Below, piece after piece: positions 28,156 through 37,749 of a stretch of DNA of 64,000 bases (position 1 is its first letter; the number at the start of each line of letters is the position of its first letter). Below the pieces are notes generated by a model that saw nothing but the letters and a program-made list of their open reading frames with translations, did not search any database and was not told where the DNA came from. Source of the stretch: Rubripirellula sp. (lineage in GTDB: Bacteria > Planctomycetota > Planctomycetia > Pirellulales > Pirellulaceae). Location: the NCBI GenBank assembly GCA_965216875.1, contig OZ244207.1:2752001-2816000 (forward strand), given 5' to 3'. The position numbers were made by a program, and so were the translations under genes.

Positions 28156-29097
28156 CTACAGGCCCAGATCGGCATACAGCGGCGTGCTGAGGTAGCGTTC
28201 ACCAAGGCTGCACATGATCGTCACGATCCGCTTGCCTTTCATTTCAGGTCGCGCCGCAACCTGAGCAGCGGCCCACATGTTTGCGCCACTGCTGATGCCG
28301 GCAACGATGCCTTCTTCTTTCGCCAACTTGCGTCCCCACTCGAAGGCGTCTTCGTCATCGACCTGGACAACATCATCAACAAGCGAGGTATCGAGGTTGC
28401 GAGGAACAAAACCAGCACCGATGCCTTGAATGCGGTGCTTCCCAGGATCACCACCACTGATCACGGGCGAGTGCTTTGGCTCGACGGCAAAGGTCTTGAA
28501 GTCCGGGTTGACCGACTTGATAAATCGGCTGACCCCGGTGATCGTTCCGCCGGTCCCCACACCAGCCACGATCGCGTCGATCTGTTGGCCGCTGTCTTCC
28601 CAAATCTCAGGTCCTGTGGTCGCTTCGTGGATCGCTGGATTGGCTGGATTGTCGAATTGCTGAGGCATGAACGAGCCGGCTGTCGAATCTGCCAATTCAG
28701 CCGCCCGATTGATCGCTCCCTTCATCCCTTCACCTGCTGGCGTCAAGACAAGGTTGGCGCCCATGCCGCGAAGCAACGCACGACGTTCGACCGACATCGA
28801 CTCGGGCATTGTCAGGGTCAACTTGTAACCTTTGGCAGCGCAGACACAGGCAAGCGCGATGCCAGTGTTGCCGCTGGTTGGCTCGATAATGTGCGTGTCT
28901 TTGTTGATCTTTCCGTCACGTTCACCGGCTTCGATCATCGCGACGCCGATTCGGTCTTTCACGCTATTGAGCGGCTGAAAGAACTCGCATTTGGCAAACA
29001 CGGTTGCGCCACCTTCGGGCACCAACCGATTGATCTGGATCATCGGGGTGTCGCCAATTGCTTTTGAAACGTCAGAGAAAGTGTTCCCACGTGGCAT
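28156..29097 (-). CDS. cysK: Cysteine synthase A
   Basis: 'SVKDRIG' (PLP Lys), 'EPTSGNTG', 'GVGTGGT', 'HRIQGIG', 'GERYLST'. Confidence 0.96.
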   Translation of the reverse strand: MPRGNTFSDVSKAIGDTPMIQINRLVPEGGATVFAKCEFFQPLNSVKDRIGVAMIEAGERDGKINKDTHIIEPTSGNTGIALACVCAAKGYKLTLTMPESMSVERRALLRGMGANLVLTPAGEGMKGAINRAAELADSTAGSFMPQQFDNPANPAIHEATTGPEIWEDSGQQIDAIVAGVGTGGTITGVSRFIKSVNPDFKTFAVEPKHSPVISGGDPGKHRIQGIGAGFVPRNLDTSLVDDVVQVDDEDAFEWGRKLAKEEGIVAGISSGANMWAAAQVAARPEMKGKRIVTIMCSLGERYLSTPLYADLGL

Positions 29098-29250
29098 CGC
29101 CTACTCCTTTGAGTCGATATTTTGGGGTGAATTCATGCGGTTACCCGCTCAGGATGATACGGCGAAACGACACAGCCATTCCAGAGTATCGATTGATTTT
29201 TAGAGTGTAGCCGGAGAGAGAGAGCCGGGCGCGGCCGACAAGACACCAGC

Positions 29251-29323
29251 CCCTGTTCCGTATAGTGGACGAGGCTACGAGTCCCTCTTCCGTGTAGTGG
29301 ACGAGGCCACGAGTCCCTCTTCC
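29251..29323. repeat. 32-bp tandem repeat x2.3 containing (G/A)TAGTGGACGAGGC(C/T)ACGAGTCC
   Basis: Units 29251-29282 and 29283-29314 differ at 3 positions; partial third unit follows. Confidence 0.85.
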
Positions 29324-29473
29324 CGATTCGCGGCCCCAAGCCTGCAACCGTCACTGCGGGCAAACCCCGCCGGCCACCTTACCGCCGCCAACTGAAAACG
29401 CTTGACGATGATCGCGGTGGACACGCCGGCCTTGGTGCCTCATCCGCGACGAAGCCCAATTCCCGGAGAATAC

Positions 29474-29950
29474 CTAGTTCGGCTTATCCAAGCCGAGAAA
29501 GTCGGTCATGGTTTGGTCGCTGGTTTCTTGTTGAGGCGGGTAGGGAGCCAGCAGATTGCTCCAGAATCCAGGCTCTTTTTTCTTTGGCTTGCTCGGCAGC
29601 TTGGCCGATGCGGGGAACATCCGGGCGGGGTTCAGCTTTTGAGGATTGAGTGCTTCTTTGGTTCGATTCCACGTGTTGGCCGTGGTCGTTTTCACCTCAT
29701 CGAACAGACTCTCTTTCTTCTTGACGATGCGAGCCTTTTCCTCTTTTTGCGGCAAGATGCTACCGAATTTCGGCATCTTCCACTTCGGCATCCGCCAATT
29801 GGTCGGATTCAGATTGTGAGTGACCGTTTTGACCGGGCCAGGTTTGACGATGTGATCGGCGGCAGCTTGATTGGCCGAGATTGTGGCTGTGGCAGCGACA
29901 ATCAAACCGCACAGGGTTCGGCGGATTCCGTTCCAATTCATCTCAAACAT
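29474..29950 (-). CDS. Hypothetical exported Lys/Pro-rich protein
   Basis: Signal peptide ending AAA; GGAGA SD upstream; divergent from alaS. Confidence 0.7.
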   Translation of the reverse strand: MFEMNWNGIRRTLCGLIVAATATISANQAAADHIVKPGPVKTVTHNLNPTNWRMPKWKMPKFGSILPQKEEKARIVKKKESLFDEVKTTTANTWNRTKEALNPQKLNPARMFPASAKLPSKPKKKEPGFWSNLLAPYPPQQETSDQTMTDFLGLDKPN

Positions 29951-30215
29951 TCTCCTGCGTCAGCAGTCGCGCCGGCGGGGACGTTGGGCCAATGCCTCAC
30001 TTCGCGTCGTCGCGGGCGTGCTTAATGGGTGCAAAATCGAGTGTCGGTCGCAGCTATCGCAATTCCGAGTGGGGCACGGCAAGAGCAGTTATTCGGAAAT
30101 TGCGGTCAAAAATGGTCCCCAGCGAACCTCGCCCCCTGTGCTGGCCTCTCCCAGAACCGATCCTTCCGATATCATCTCGGCTGATTCCAAACCCCGAAGT
30201 CGAACATTCCGACCC

Positions 30216-33050
30216 ATGAAAACTGACGAGCTACGCGAAAAATACCTTGAGTTCTTCCAGTCCAAGGGCTGTGTCCGCCAACCGAGCGATGTGTTGGTTC
30301 CGACATGGGACCCCTCGGTGCTGTTTACTCCAGCCGGCATGAACCAGTTCAAGGATCATTTCCTTGGCAAAGTCAAACTCGACTTCACGGGCGCCACAAC
30401 CTGCCAAAAATGCCTCCGCACCGGGGACATCGACAACGTGGGCCGAACCGCCTTTCACCACACCTTCTTCGAGATGTTGGGTAACTTCAGCTTTGGCGAC
30501 TACTTCAAAGAAGAAGCCATCCTGTGGGCCTGGGAATTCTTGACCGACAAGAAGTGGCTCGACATCGAACCCGCACGGCTGAACGTGACCGTCTATAAGG
30601 ATGACGACGAAGCTTACGGGATCTGGAAGGAAAAGGTCGGCCTTCCCGACAACCGCATCACTCGGATGGACGAGGACGAGAACTTCTGGCCCGCTTCCGC
30701 ACCAAGCCAAGGCCCCGATGGCGTCTGCGGTCCATGCAGCGAGATCTACTACCAACTTGAAGATGGTGGTGACGTCGAGATCTGGAATCTCGTCTTCACT
30801 CAATTCAATCGCATCGGCGATCCGCCAGACAACTTGCACCCACTGCCAAGTAAGAACATCGATACCGGCATGGGGTTGGAACGAACGGCAAGCGTTCTGC
30901 AAGGTGTGCCGACGAACTTCCACATCGATTCGTTGTTCCCGATTGTCGAAGCTGCATCCGACGTCGTTGGCGTCAAATACGAATACGAAAGTGACAACGG
31001 CCGGCGTTTGCGGCGCATCACCGATCACGCTCGTGCCGCGACCTTCGCCGTCCACGAAAACGTCTACCCAGGTGCCAAAGACGCGCGGTCGGTCATCCGC
31101 CGACTCATTCGGCGCGCCGTTTTGGACGGCTACCAAATGAACGTCCAAGAACCGTTCCTTTACAAATTGGTCGAAGCCGTCGCGGAAGCCTCCAAGGTTC
31201 CTTACCCCGAACTCGGTCAAACGACCGCGCGTGTCGCGGAAGTGATCGAGTCCGAAGAAAAGGCCTTCTTCCAAACCATCGATGGTGGCGTCAAACGGAT
31301 CGACCAACTCTTCACGCAAATGCGCGAAGAATCGGCTGTCATGGTTCCAGGAAACGAAGCCGCTGACTTGCTGACCACCTATGGCGTCCCACCTGAACTC
31401 GTGCAAACCCTCGCTGCCGAACAAAACTTCACGTTTGATTGGCCAGGTTTTCGCGCTGCGATGGACGTTCATGGTGACGTCAGTGGCGGAGACCGTAATC
31501 GACTGTTCCAAACCGGCCCACTCGAAACTCTCAAGGAAGCCCTTCGCGAAACACCATTCATGGGGTACGAAACGACTTCCTGCGAAGCCGTTGTGAAAGG
31601 CATCATCACCGGTTCGGGTGAAGAAAAAGACGACGACGGTCAATTGCTCCGCAAGCTTGAGCGAGCTGACAAAGACTCACCGATGCGTTTGGTCCTCGAC
31701 AAGTCACCTTTCTACGGTGAATCGGGGGGGCAAATCGGCGACACCGGCACGATCAAGAACGATGCGTTCGAGTTCCGCGTCGTCGACACGAAGAAACACG
31801 CCGCGTTGATTGTGCATCACGGCTACCTCGCAAGTGGCACGATCAACGAAGGCGACACCTGCACAGCAAGCGTCGATATCGATCGCCGGCAAGCACTTTG
31901 CCGCGCCCACTCGGCCACGCACATTTTGCACCACGCGTTGCACCAGAACGTCGGCGATCACGCCGAACAGCAGGGCAGCAAAGTCGAACCCGATCGCCTG
32001 CGGTTTGACTTCACGAACCCCAAAGCGATCCCGAACGACACGCTGGTCAAAATCGAAAAAGATGTGCTGGCGCTCGTGGAAATGTCGCAGCCAATTCGTT
32101 GGGACACCGTTTCACTTGACGATGCTCGCGAAGCTGGCGCCATGATGCTGTTTGGCGAAAAGTACCCCGATCCTTGCCGCATGGTTTCGATGGGCGACTT
32201 TAGCCGCGAGCTGTGTGGCGGTACCCATTTGACCAACACGTGCCAGGTCGAATCGTTCGAAGTCTTGGTCGAAGAAAGCGTTTCGACCGGAACGCGACGT
32301 ATCGAAGCACTCACCGGTAAGCGCGCCGAGCAACATCGCGAACAAACCAAAGCGTTGCTCGCAAGTGTTTCGGACAAACTTGGGTGCGAACCCAAGTTTG
32401 CGGTCGCGACGACCATCGAGCTTGTCAATGAAGTTCGCCAACTCAAGAAAGAGATTGCCTCGGGCAAAGCTGGCGAACATGCCGACACCTTTGCATTCAG
32501 TGGCGAAGGCGATTCGACCAACCTGTTGGACTACCAATCAATTCGCTCAGCAGCTCGCGAAATCACGCGCACGTTGAATGTGTCGATCGAGGAAGTGGTC
32601 GGACGGCTCGATGCCTTGCTTGGAGATCGCGAGAAGCTTGTCGCGCAACTCAAACAAGCGACCGCCGGCGGCAAATTGTCTGCCGACGACCTGATCGCGG
32701 GTGCCGAGTCGGTTGGCGATTCATTGCTCATCGTCGCTGACACCCCTGGCGCCAATCCAAACGTCATGCGTGGTTGGATCGACCAAATCCGCAAGAAGAG
32801 CGAAGGCCCCACCGCAGTCCTGCTCGCCGCGGTTCAAGGCGAAAAAGTCCTGTTGGTCGGTGGCCTCAGCAAGGCGCTTGTCGACCGTGGGCTCAAGGCT
32901 GGCGACTGGGTCGGCGAAGCGGCGCGTGCAGTCGGCGGCGGTGGCGGTGGACGCCCCGACATGGCCCAAGCCGGCGGCAAAGACCCGAGCAAGCTGCCCG
33001 ACGCACTGGCCGCGGCCAAGGACTCGATGCGAAAGCAACTTGCTGACTAG
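30216..33050 (+). CDS. alaS: Alanine--tRNA ligase
   Basis: 'LFT.AGMNQFK', 'HHTFFEMLGNFSFGDYFK', 'IDTGMGLER', 'HSATH', 'ELCGGTH', 'GGGGGGRPDMAQAGG'; start MKTDELR at 30216. Confidence 0.98.
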   Translation: MKTDELREKYLEFFQSKGCVRQPSDVLVPTWDPSVLFTPAGMNQFKDHFLGKVKLDFTGATTCQKCLRTGDIDNVGRTAFHHTFFEMLGNFSFGDYFKEEAILWAWEFLTDKKWLDIEPARLNVTVYKDDDEAYGIWKEKVGLPDNRITRMDEDENFWPASAPSQGPDGVCGPCSEIYYQLEDGGDVEIWNLVFTQFNRIGDPPDNLHPLPSKNIDTGMGLERTASVLQGVPTNFHIDSLFPIVEAASDVVGVKYEYESDNGRRLRRITDHARAATFAVHENVYPGAKDARSVIRRLIRRAVLDGYQMNVQEPFLYKLVEAVAEASKVPYPELGQTTARVAEVIESEEKAFFQTIDGGVKRIDQLFTQMREESAVMVPGNEAADLLTTYGVPPELVQTLAAEQNFTFDWPGFRAAMDVHGDVSGGDRNRLFQTGPLETLKEALRETPFMGYETTSCEAVVKGIITGSGEEKDDDGQLLRKLERADKDSPMRLVLDKSPFYGESGGQIGDTGTIKNDAFEFRVVDTKKHAALIVHHGYLASGTINEGDTCTASVDIDRRQALCRAHSATHILHHALHQNVGDHAEQQGSKVEPDRLRFDFTNPKAIPNDTLVKIEKDVLALVEMSQPIRWDTVSLDDAREAGAMMLFGEKYPDPCRMVSMGDFSRELCGGTHLTNTCQVESFEVLVEESVSTGTRRIEALTGKRAEQHREQTKALLASVSDKLGCEPKFAVATTIELVNEVRQLKKEIASGKAGEHADTFAFSGEGDSTNLLDYQSIRSAAREITRTLNVSIEEVVGRLDALLGDREKLVAQLKQATAGGKLSADDLIAGAESVGDSLLIVADTPGANPNVMRGWIDQIRKKSEGPTAVLLAAVQGEKVLLVGGLSKALVDRGLKAGDWVGEAARAVGGGGGGRPDMAQAGGKDPSKLPDALAAAKDSMRKQLAD

Positions 33051-33073
33051 TCACATGAGCGCCGATTAGTCAC

Positions 33074-36000
33074 ATGAGCGAAGACGCGGCAGAGAACAAA
33101 ATTGCAACATCCGGCCTCCAAGCATTTGCTTTGGTTGCCGGATGTTTTTTTGTATCGGGTTTCGCAGCCCTGCTTTACGAGACCGTCTGGCTTCGCCAGT
33201 TTGCGATCCTTTTGGGTACGAGCGAACGGGCTCTTGCCGTCGTGCTCGCATCGTACATGGGCGGCTTGGCGATCGGGTCACTCGTGGCAAGTCGCGTCGT
33301 CAACCGAATCACGCGGCCACTGTTGACCTACGGCCTGCTTGAACTTGGTATTGCCGTGACGGCGTTGTTACTCCCATACGGACTCGCCGTCGCCGAGTCG
33401 ATGCAAGTGTCCATTCTCGGAGGCGTCGCGGAGCCACCCGACTCGGGCGGGTGGCTGCAAACGGTCTTCTGTTTCGCCACTGCATTCGGGTTGATCCTGT
33501 TGCCGACGGGAATGATGGGCGCGACGCTACCTCTGCTTGCACGCCATGTCGTCCACAACGATCACGACGTTGGCACGAAGATTGGGTTGCTGTACGCGAT
33601 CAACACCGCTGGCGCCGTCGCCGGAACCCTGGCTGCAGCTTTCGCGCTACTACCAGATTTCGGTCTCAGCGGCACGACTACGATCGGCGCACTCGCCAAC
33701 TTGATCGTTTTCTTGCTCGTTGTCGTCTTGGTCCGAAGTCATGGTGCCGGCTCTGCGCCGCATCCTGCTCCGCCCCCCAAAGACGACACCCGCCCCGTCG
33801 CCAAGAAGTCCACACCACCAAAGAACCGCAGGAAATCAAAAGGCTCGCCGAAATCGGTTTCCAAGGAAAACACGCCTCCAGTCACCAGCACGCCACGTTA
33901 TCAATGGATGCTGTTGTTGATCGCCCTCTCAGGCAGCGTCTCCTTCTGTTACGAGATTGTCTTCACACGGATGCTCGGACACCTGCTCGGGGGCAGTGTC
34001 TATGCGTTTGCAACCATGTTGTCGGGATTCTTGCTTGGTATCTCGTTCGGCGGTGTGGTCGCGTCGCGACTAGCGACGACTCGGTATCGCGCAGCCGTCG
34101 GTTTCGTTTACGCGCAAGCCACTGCAGCCATTTGTACGCTCGTCGCATTTCAAAGCATCAGTTCGATGATGAACCACGACTGGTCTGCGATCGAATCAGG
34201 ACGTCAATTCAAACAAGTCGTTTGGTCGATTGCGATCCTGCTGCCGACGGCATCCTGCATCGGCTTGACATTCCCGTTTGCCATTCGAGCCTACGCAAAG
34301 AATGAGCATGAAGCCGCACGCGGCGCGGCAAAAGTCTACGGATGGAATGTCGTTGGCGGCATTGCGGGGGCCCTGCTGACCGCTGGGATCCTTTTGCAAA
34401 CGCTGCAATACCATGGATCGACAACGCTTTCGGTGGCTCTGAATATCCTGCTTGCAACTTCCGCTGTCGTCGCAATCGGAATCAAACGAATTCACCTTGC
34501 CGGTCCGTGCGCTGCGATCGCCGTGCTTATCGCGATCATCCCAACATCACCCGAAAGTGTGTTGCGAATTTCGTCTCTCACGGGGACGCAAACCGCCGGC
34601 GACATCGTGTTCAACCATGTTGGCAAGTCGGCAACGGTCACCGTGTTCTACGATGCCCAAGGAATCAAATTCCAAACCAACGGCCTTCCCGAGTCGACTC
34701 TGCCGATCATCGGTAGCGGCCAAATCCATCGAAACAACGGCACCTGGCTGTCAGCGTTGCCGCCACTGGTACGTCCCGGTATCGAATCGATGTTGGTCAT
34801 TGGCCTCGGCGGTGGCGTTGCGGTCGAAAGCGTCGCTCCGTCTGTTCAATCCATCGACGTGATGGAGCTTGAACCTGCCGTCATTGATGCCAACCAAACG
34901 ATCGCGCCGTTTCGAGACGCCGATCCGCTCGCAGACGCCCGCGTCAATCTGATCGTTAACGATGGCCGCAACGCATTGTCGCTGACCGACAAAAAGTACG
35001 ACGCGATCGTATCCCAGCCATCTCACCCCTGGACCTCCGGCGCGTCCCACCTCTACACGCGCGAGTTCAATCAACTGGTCCGAGAACACTTGAACCCAGG
35101 CGGCATCTTCCTTCAATGGATGAACACCGATTTCGTCGACTTGGAACTGACCCGTTCGATGGGCGCAACACTGCTTGATGTGTTCCCGCATGTCCGACTG
35201 TACCAGCCCTTTGGTGGAACGTTCATGTTTGTCGCCTCCGATGAACCGATTCGTCCCGAAGCGGTCTCGAACGAAGACGGCGTCCGCCCGAGATGCCAGG
35301 TGATGGAAGTCGATCGAGCCTATTTTCATCGTCTCGGCATCGCCACCCCGACTCACTTGTTCGCGCTGCTAACACTCGATGAGGCCGGCATGCGCCGCGT
35401 TTGCTCGAACGCGACTTTGATCACCGACGAAAAGAATCTATTGGCGATGCGTGCGCCGCAGCTGCTCGGTCGCCATGATGGGCAGAACGTCCAAGCCTCA
35501 CTGGAAAAAGAGTCACCGATCCTACAGAGCGTCGACAACCTGCCTCAGCTATGCCCGTCGCTTGAATTGAGACCCTATTCGATCCAGAAAATCAGCCGTA
35601 GCCCAACCGAGCTGATGCGAACTGCGCTCCCCAAACTGTTTCCAAATCAAAAAATGCCCGCTTTGGTCCAAGCGCAACTTGATCGCGCCGCTGGCGATTC
35701 CGAAGCTTGGACGCAAACCCTTGTCGATGCGATCTCTGAAACTCCCAACGACGCAGACCTTGCATTCGTTCTCCTTGCAAACAAAGCACTTGGACGACAA
35801 TTTCCATTGAATGAGTCGGCGACCTCCCAGCTACGTAACAACCTCACCGAAGCGCACCGCAAGCTTGTCCGCCTGCTCGAAGAAGCCATGCGCGGCGAAC
35901 CGCAGAACGCGCGTTCGGTCGACGACGAACTTGCTGCCGTCGATGTCGACGACGTTGCCTTCGAAATGGCCGTCCGTCTGCGGCTGCCATGGCGACTCGA

Positions 36001-36325
36001 GAGCACGGGCCCAGAGCGGCGAACGCGCGGACTAGAAGTGGTTCAAATCATCGACGATTCAGCAGCGTTCGCCGACTCGGACGGCCTGGCTTTCTTTCGA
36101 GCCTCCGGCGCGCTGCAAGGCGATCAACCTCTCGTCGCCATCGGAACCATCCTGCAACTGATCACTTCGATTGAATCGTCCGCTCCGAATATCGATCGAT
36201 CATCGATTGCGAACTTTGGCCGATGTTACCAGTTGCTTCAGGGCAAAGTACCCTTTGCGAGAGTCGAACGACAGCATCGCGATGCGACCGAGCGAGCAGA
36301 ATCATTGTTGCGACGCCTGCAATAG
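33074..36325 (+). CDS. Fused multi-TM (MFS-like)/spermidine synthase-like SAM-fold protein with long C-terminal helical region
   Basis: About 13 TM helices ('SGFAALLYETVW', 'LYAINTAGAVAG'), then 'LVIGLGGG', 'ELEPAV', 'NDGRN', 'YDAIVSQPSHPW', 'LYTREF'. Confidence 0.85.
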   Translation: MSEDAAENKIATSGLQAFALVAGCFFVSGFAALLYETVWLRQFAILLGTSERALAVVLASYMGGLAIGSLVASRVVNRITRPLLTYGLLELGIAVTALLLPYGLAVAESMQVSILGGVAEPPDSGGWLQTVFCFATAFGLILLPTGMMGATLPLLARHVVHNDHDVGTKIGLLYAINTAGAVAGTLAAAFALLPDFGLSGTTTIGALANLIVFLLVVVLVRSHGAGSAPHPAPPPKDDTRPVAKKSTPPKNRRKSKGSPKSVSKENTPPVTSTPRYQWMLLLIALSGSVSFCYEIVFTRMLGHLLGGSVYAFATMLSGFLLGISFGGVVASRLATTRYRAAVGFVYAQATAAICTLVAFQSISSMMNHDWSAIESGRQFKQVVWSIAILLPTASCIGLTFPFAIRAYAKNEHEAARGAAKVYGWNVVGGIAGALLTAGILLQTLQYHGSTTLSVALNILLATSAVVAIGIKRIHLAGPCAAIAVLIAIIPTSPESVLRISSLTGTQTAGDIVFNHVGKSATVTVFYDAQGIKFQTNGLPESTLPIIGSGQIHRNNGTWLSALPPLVRPGIESMLVIGLGGGVAVESVAPSVQSIDVMELEPAVIDANQTIAPFRDADPLADARVNLIVNDGRNALSLTDKKYDAIVSQPSHPWTSGASHLYTREFNQLVREHLNPGGIFLQWMNTDFVDLELTRSMGATLLDVFPHVRLYQPFGGTFMFVASDEPIRPEAVSNEDGVRPRCQVMEVDRAYFHRLGIATPTHLFALLTLDEAGMRRVCSNATLITDEKNLLAMRAPQLLGRHDGQNVQASLEKESPILQSVDNLPQLCPSLELRPYSIQKISRSPTELMRTALPKLFPNQKMPALVQAQLDRAAGDSEAWTQTLVDAISETPNDADLAFVLLANKALGRQFPLNESATSQLRNNLTEAHRKLVRLLEEAMRGEPQNARSVDDELAAVDVDDVAFEMAVRLRLPWRLESTGPERRTRGLEVVQIIDDSAAFADSDGLAFFRASGALQGDQPLVAIGTILQLITSIESSAPNIDRSSIANFGRCYQLLQGKVPFARVERQHRDATERAESLLRRLQ

Positions 36326-36387
36326 TCGCTGAGAGAGTGTGTTTTTTTGGAATCGAGCTTTGATCCAGGAAGCATTACATTTTCGAA

Positions 36388-36417
36388 CGCTACTTTCGCG
36401 GAGCGAAAGGCGACTAT
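36388..36417. repeat. REP-like palindrome CGCTACTTTCGCGGAGCGAAAGGCGACTAT
   Basis: Identical to 27531-27560. Confidence 0.85.
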
Positions 36418-36441
36418 CAAACAATCACAACCTACGACGGA

Positions 36442-36783
36442 CTATTCGTTCTTCATCACGATCGTTCCGGCCAAACCGCCGATCACGGCCAAACCACCAA
36501 TGACCAGCATTCCCAAGCCACCAATCGAAAAGCTGTCGTACTGAATCGCGTTGTAGCAACGCCAACCACCCACCGCCGCCAACAACAGCCCACCCAAAGC
36601 AATCAGAGGCCCTTGGACCTGGGCCATGATGTTGTCGCGATCTCGGCGAGCGTGCGCTTCCAACGGGTCGATTCCCGATTTTTGATACGCACGCTGCATG
36701 AGGTCATCCGGTCCAGACGGCTCACGAGAACCACCCTGAGCCGCTTCCAACGCTTGACGTTCGGAATCAGAAAGCCCGTCCAT
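36442..36783 (-). CDS. Small membrane protein (two C-terminal TM helices)
   Basis: 113 aa; SD GGGGA; hydrophilic N-terminus plus Gly-rich TM hairpin. Confidence 0.7.
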   Translation of the reverse strand: MDGLSDSERQALEAAQGGSREPSGPDDLMQRAYQKSGIDPLEAHARRDRDNIMAQVQGPLIALGGLLLAAVGGWRCYNAIQYDSFSIGGLGMLVIGGLAVIGGLAGTIVMKNE

Positions 36784-36876
36784 TGTTGTCCCCGTTTAGG
36801 TTGAGCATTCGCGTTCAATGGCTCAATCGTAGCGGTTGGTTGTGGGCATGGCAATTTTTGCTGTTTGATCCGCTCC

Positions 36877-37003
36877 GTGAGCCGTACGTAGCTACCTTCG
36901 CCAGAAGGTGGTTCCCAATGGGCAGACCGCGACCCGCGATCACCACGCTCTGGCGAGCGTAGCTACGTAGGTGTAAGGCCCGACGCCAGCGCGTTCGGCT
37001 CAC
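36877..37003. repeat. GTAGCTAC-family inverted REP pair (36887-36967) nested inside a GTGAGCCG...CGGCTCAC element
   Basis: CGTAGCTACCTTCGCCAGAAGGTGG...CCACGCTCTGGCGAGCGTAGCTACG; same arms at 59507 and 60779. Confidence 0.88.
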
Positions 37004-37042
37004 ATAGCCTATTCAATGCCCGGCCGGCTCATGTGTTGGAGA

Positions 37043-37711
37043 TCAGGGCAGTTTGCGGACAACGATATCGTCGAACTCATTCAAATCATCGAACGAACCA
37101 ATGCCGACGCGACCTTTGCCAAAGTGCTTGTCGGAAACTTCCATGTGGGGCGTTTTCAAATCATCGAAATAGATTTTGATCGATCCCGAATCGACATTCC
37201 TTGCCACGCGAACCGTGTGCCATTGGTCGTCCCACGGAGTCAGCTTGGTGTTCTCGGTCATCGCTTTTCGCGGCGCCTCGTTGACGATCATGATCTGGCC
37301 GCTGTGCGGATCTGGCTTGGCACCCAAGTGGACGTAATAAAAGTGCTGGTCGTCCTGGTAACCAAAGAAAACACAACAATCACGGTGGTTGCCGGTGTCC
37401 TTGGTGCTGCGAACACGAAACGTGATATCAAAGTTCCCAACTTCCAAGTCCTTGATCAACGCAACGTGGCCAGGGCTTCGAACGGGCGGTTTGTAGTCGC
37501 TCTTGCGCGCTGTGATCTCGAAGGTTTTGGTCCCGCTGGATTCGCTATCGGAAAGTTTCCACGTTCCCGGATCGAGAACCTGCCAACGATCGATGCCCGA
37601 TTCAAAATCCTCTTCGAAAACAACGATCGGCTCATCAGCATTCGATTGGACAGCAACGGCAACGACAAACAACGTCGCAAACATCAAAGGTCGGATCATC
37701 AACAAGCTCAA
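37043..37711 (-). CDS. Exported beta-sandwich protein (DUF1080/LamG-like)
   Basis: Signal peptide; 'FEEDFE', 'WHTVRV', 'GRVGIGSFDD..EFDDIVV'; follows the sulfatase. Confidence 0.65.
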   Translation of the reverse strand: MSLLMIRPLMFATLFVVAVAVQSNADEPIVVFEEDFESGIDRWQVLDPGTWKLSDSESSGTKTFEITARKSDYKPPVRSPGHVALIKDLEVGNFDITFRVRSTKDTGNHRDCCVFFGYQDDQHFYYVHLGAKPDPHSGQIMIVNEAPRKAMTENTKLTPWDDQWHTVRVARNVDSGSIKIYFDDLKTPHMEVSDKHFGKGRVGIGSFDDLNEFDDIVVRKLP

Positions 37712-37749
37712 GATTTTGGAGTGTGGACGGGGCTGGTTCGAAAAGTGTG

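Noticed and set aside
29251..29323. CRISPR-like repeat
   Set aside because: Only two contiguous units with no unique spacer
29871..30215. N-terminal extension of AlaRS in the ORF track (similar extensions for flgL, fliW, DinB, the 7180 gene and the 59727 gene)
   Set aside because: Recognisable family sequence begins at downstream starts, and several of the extensions overlap neighbouring genes
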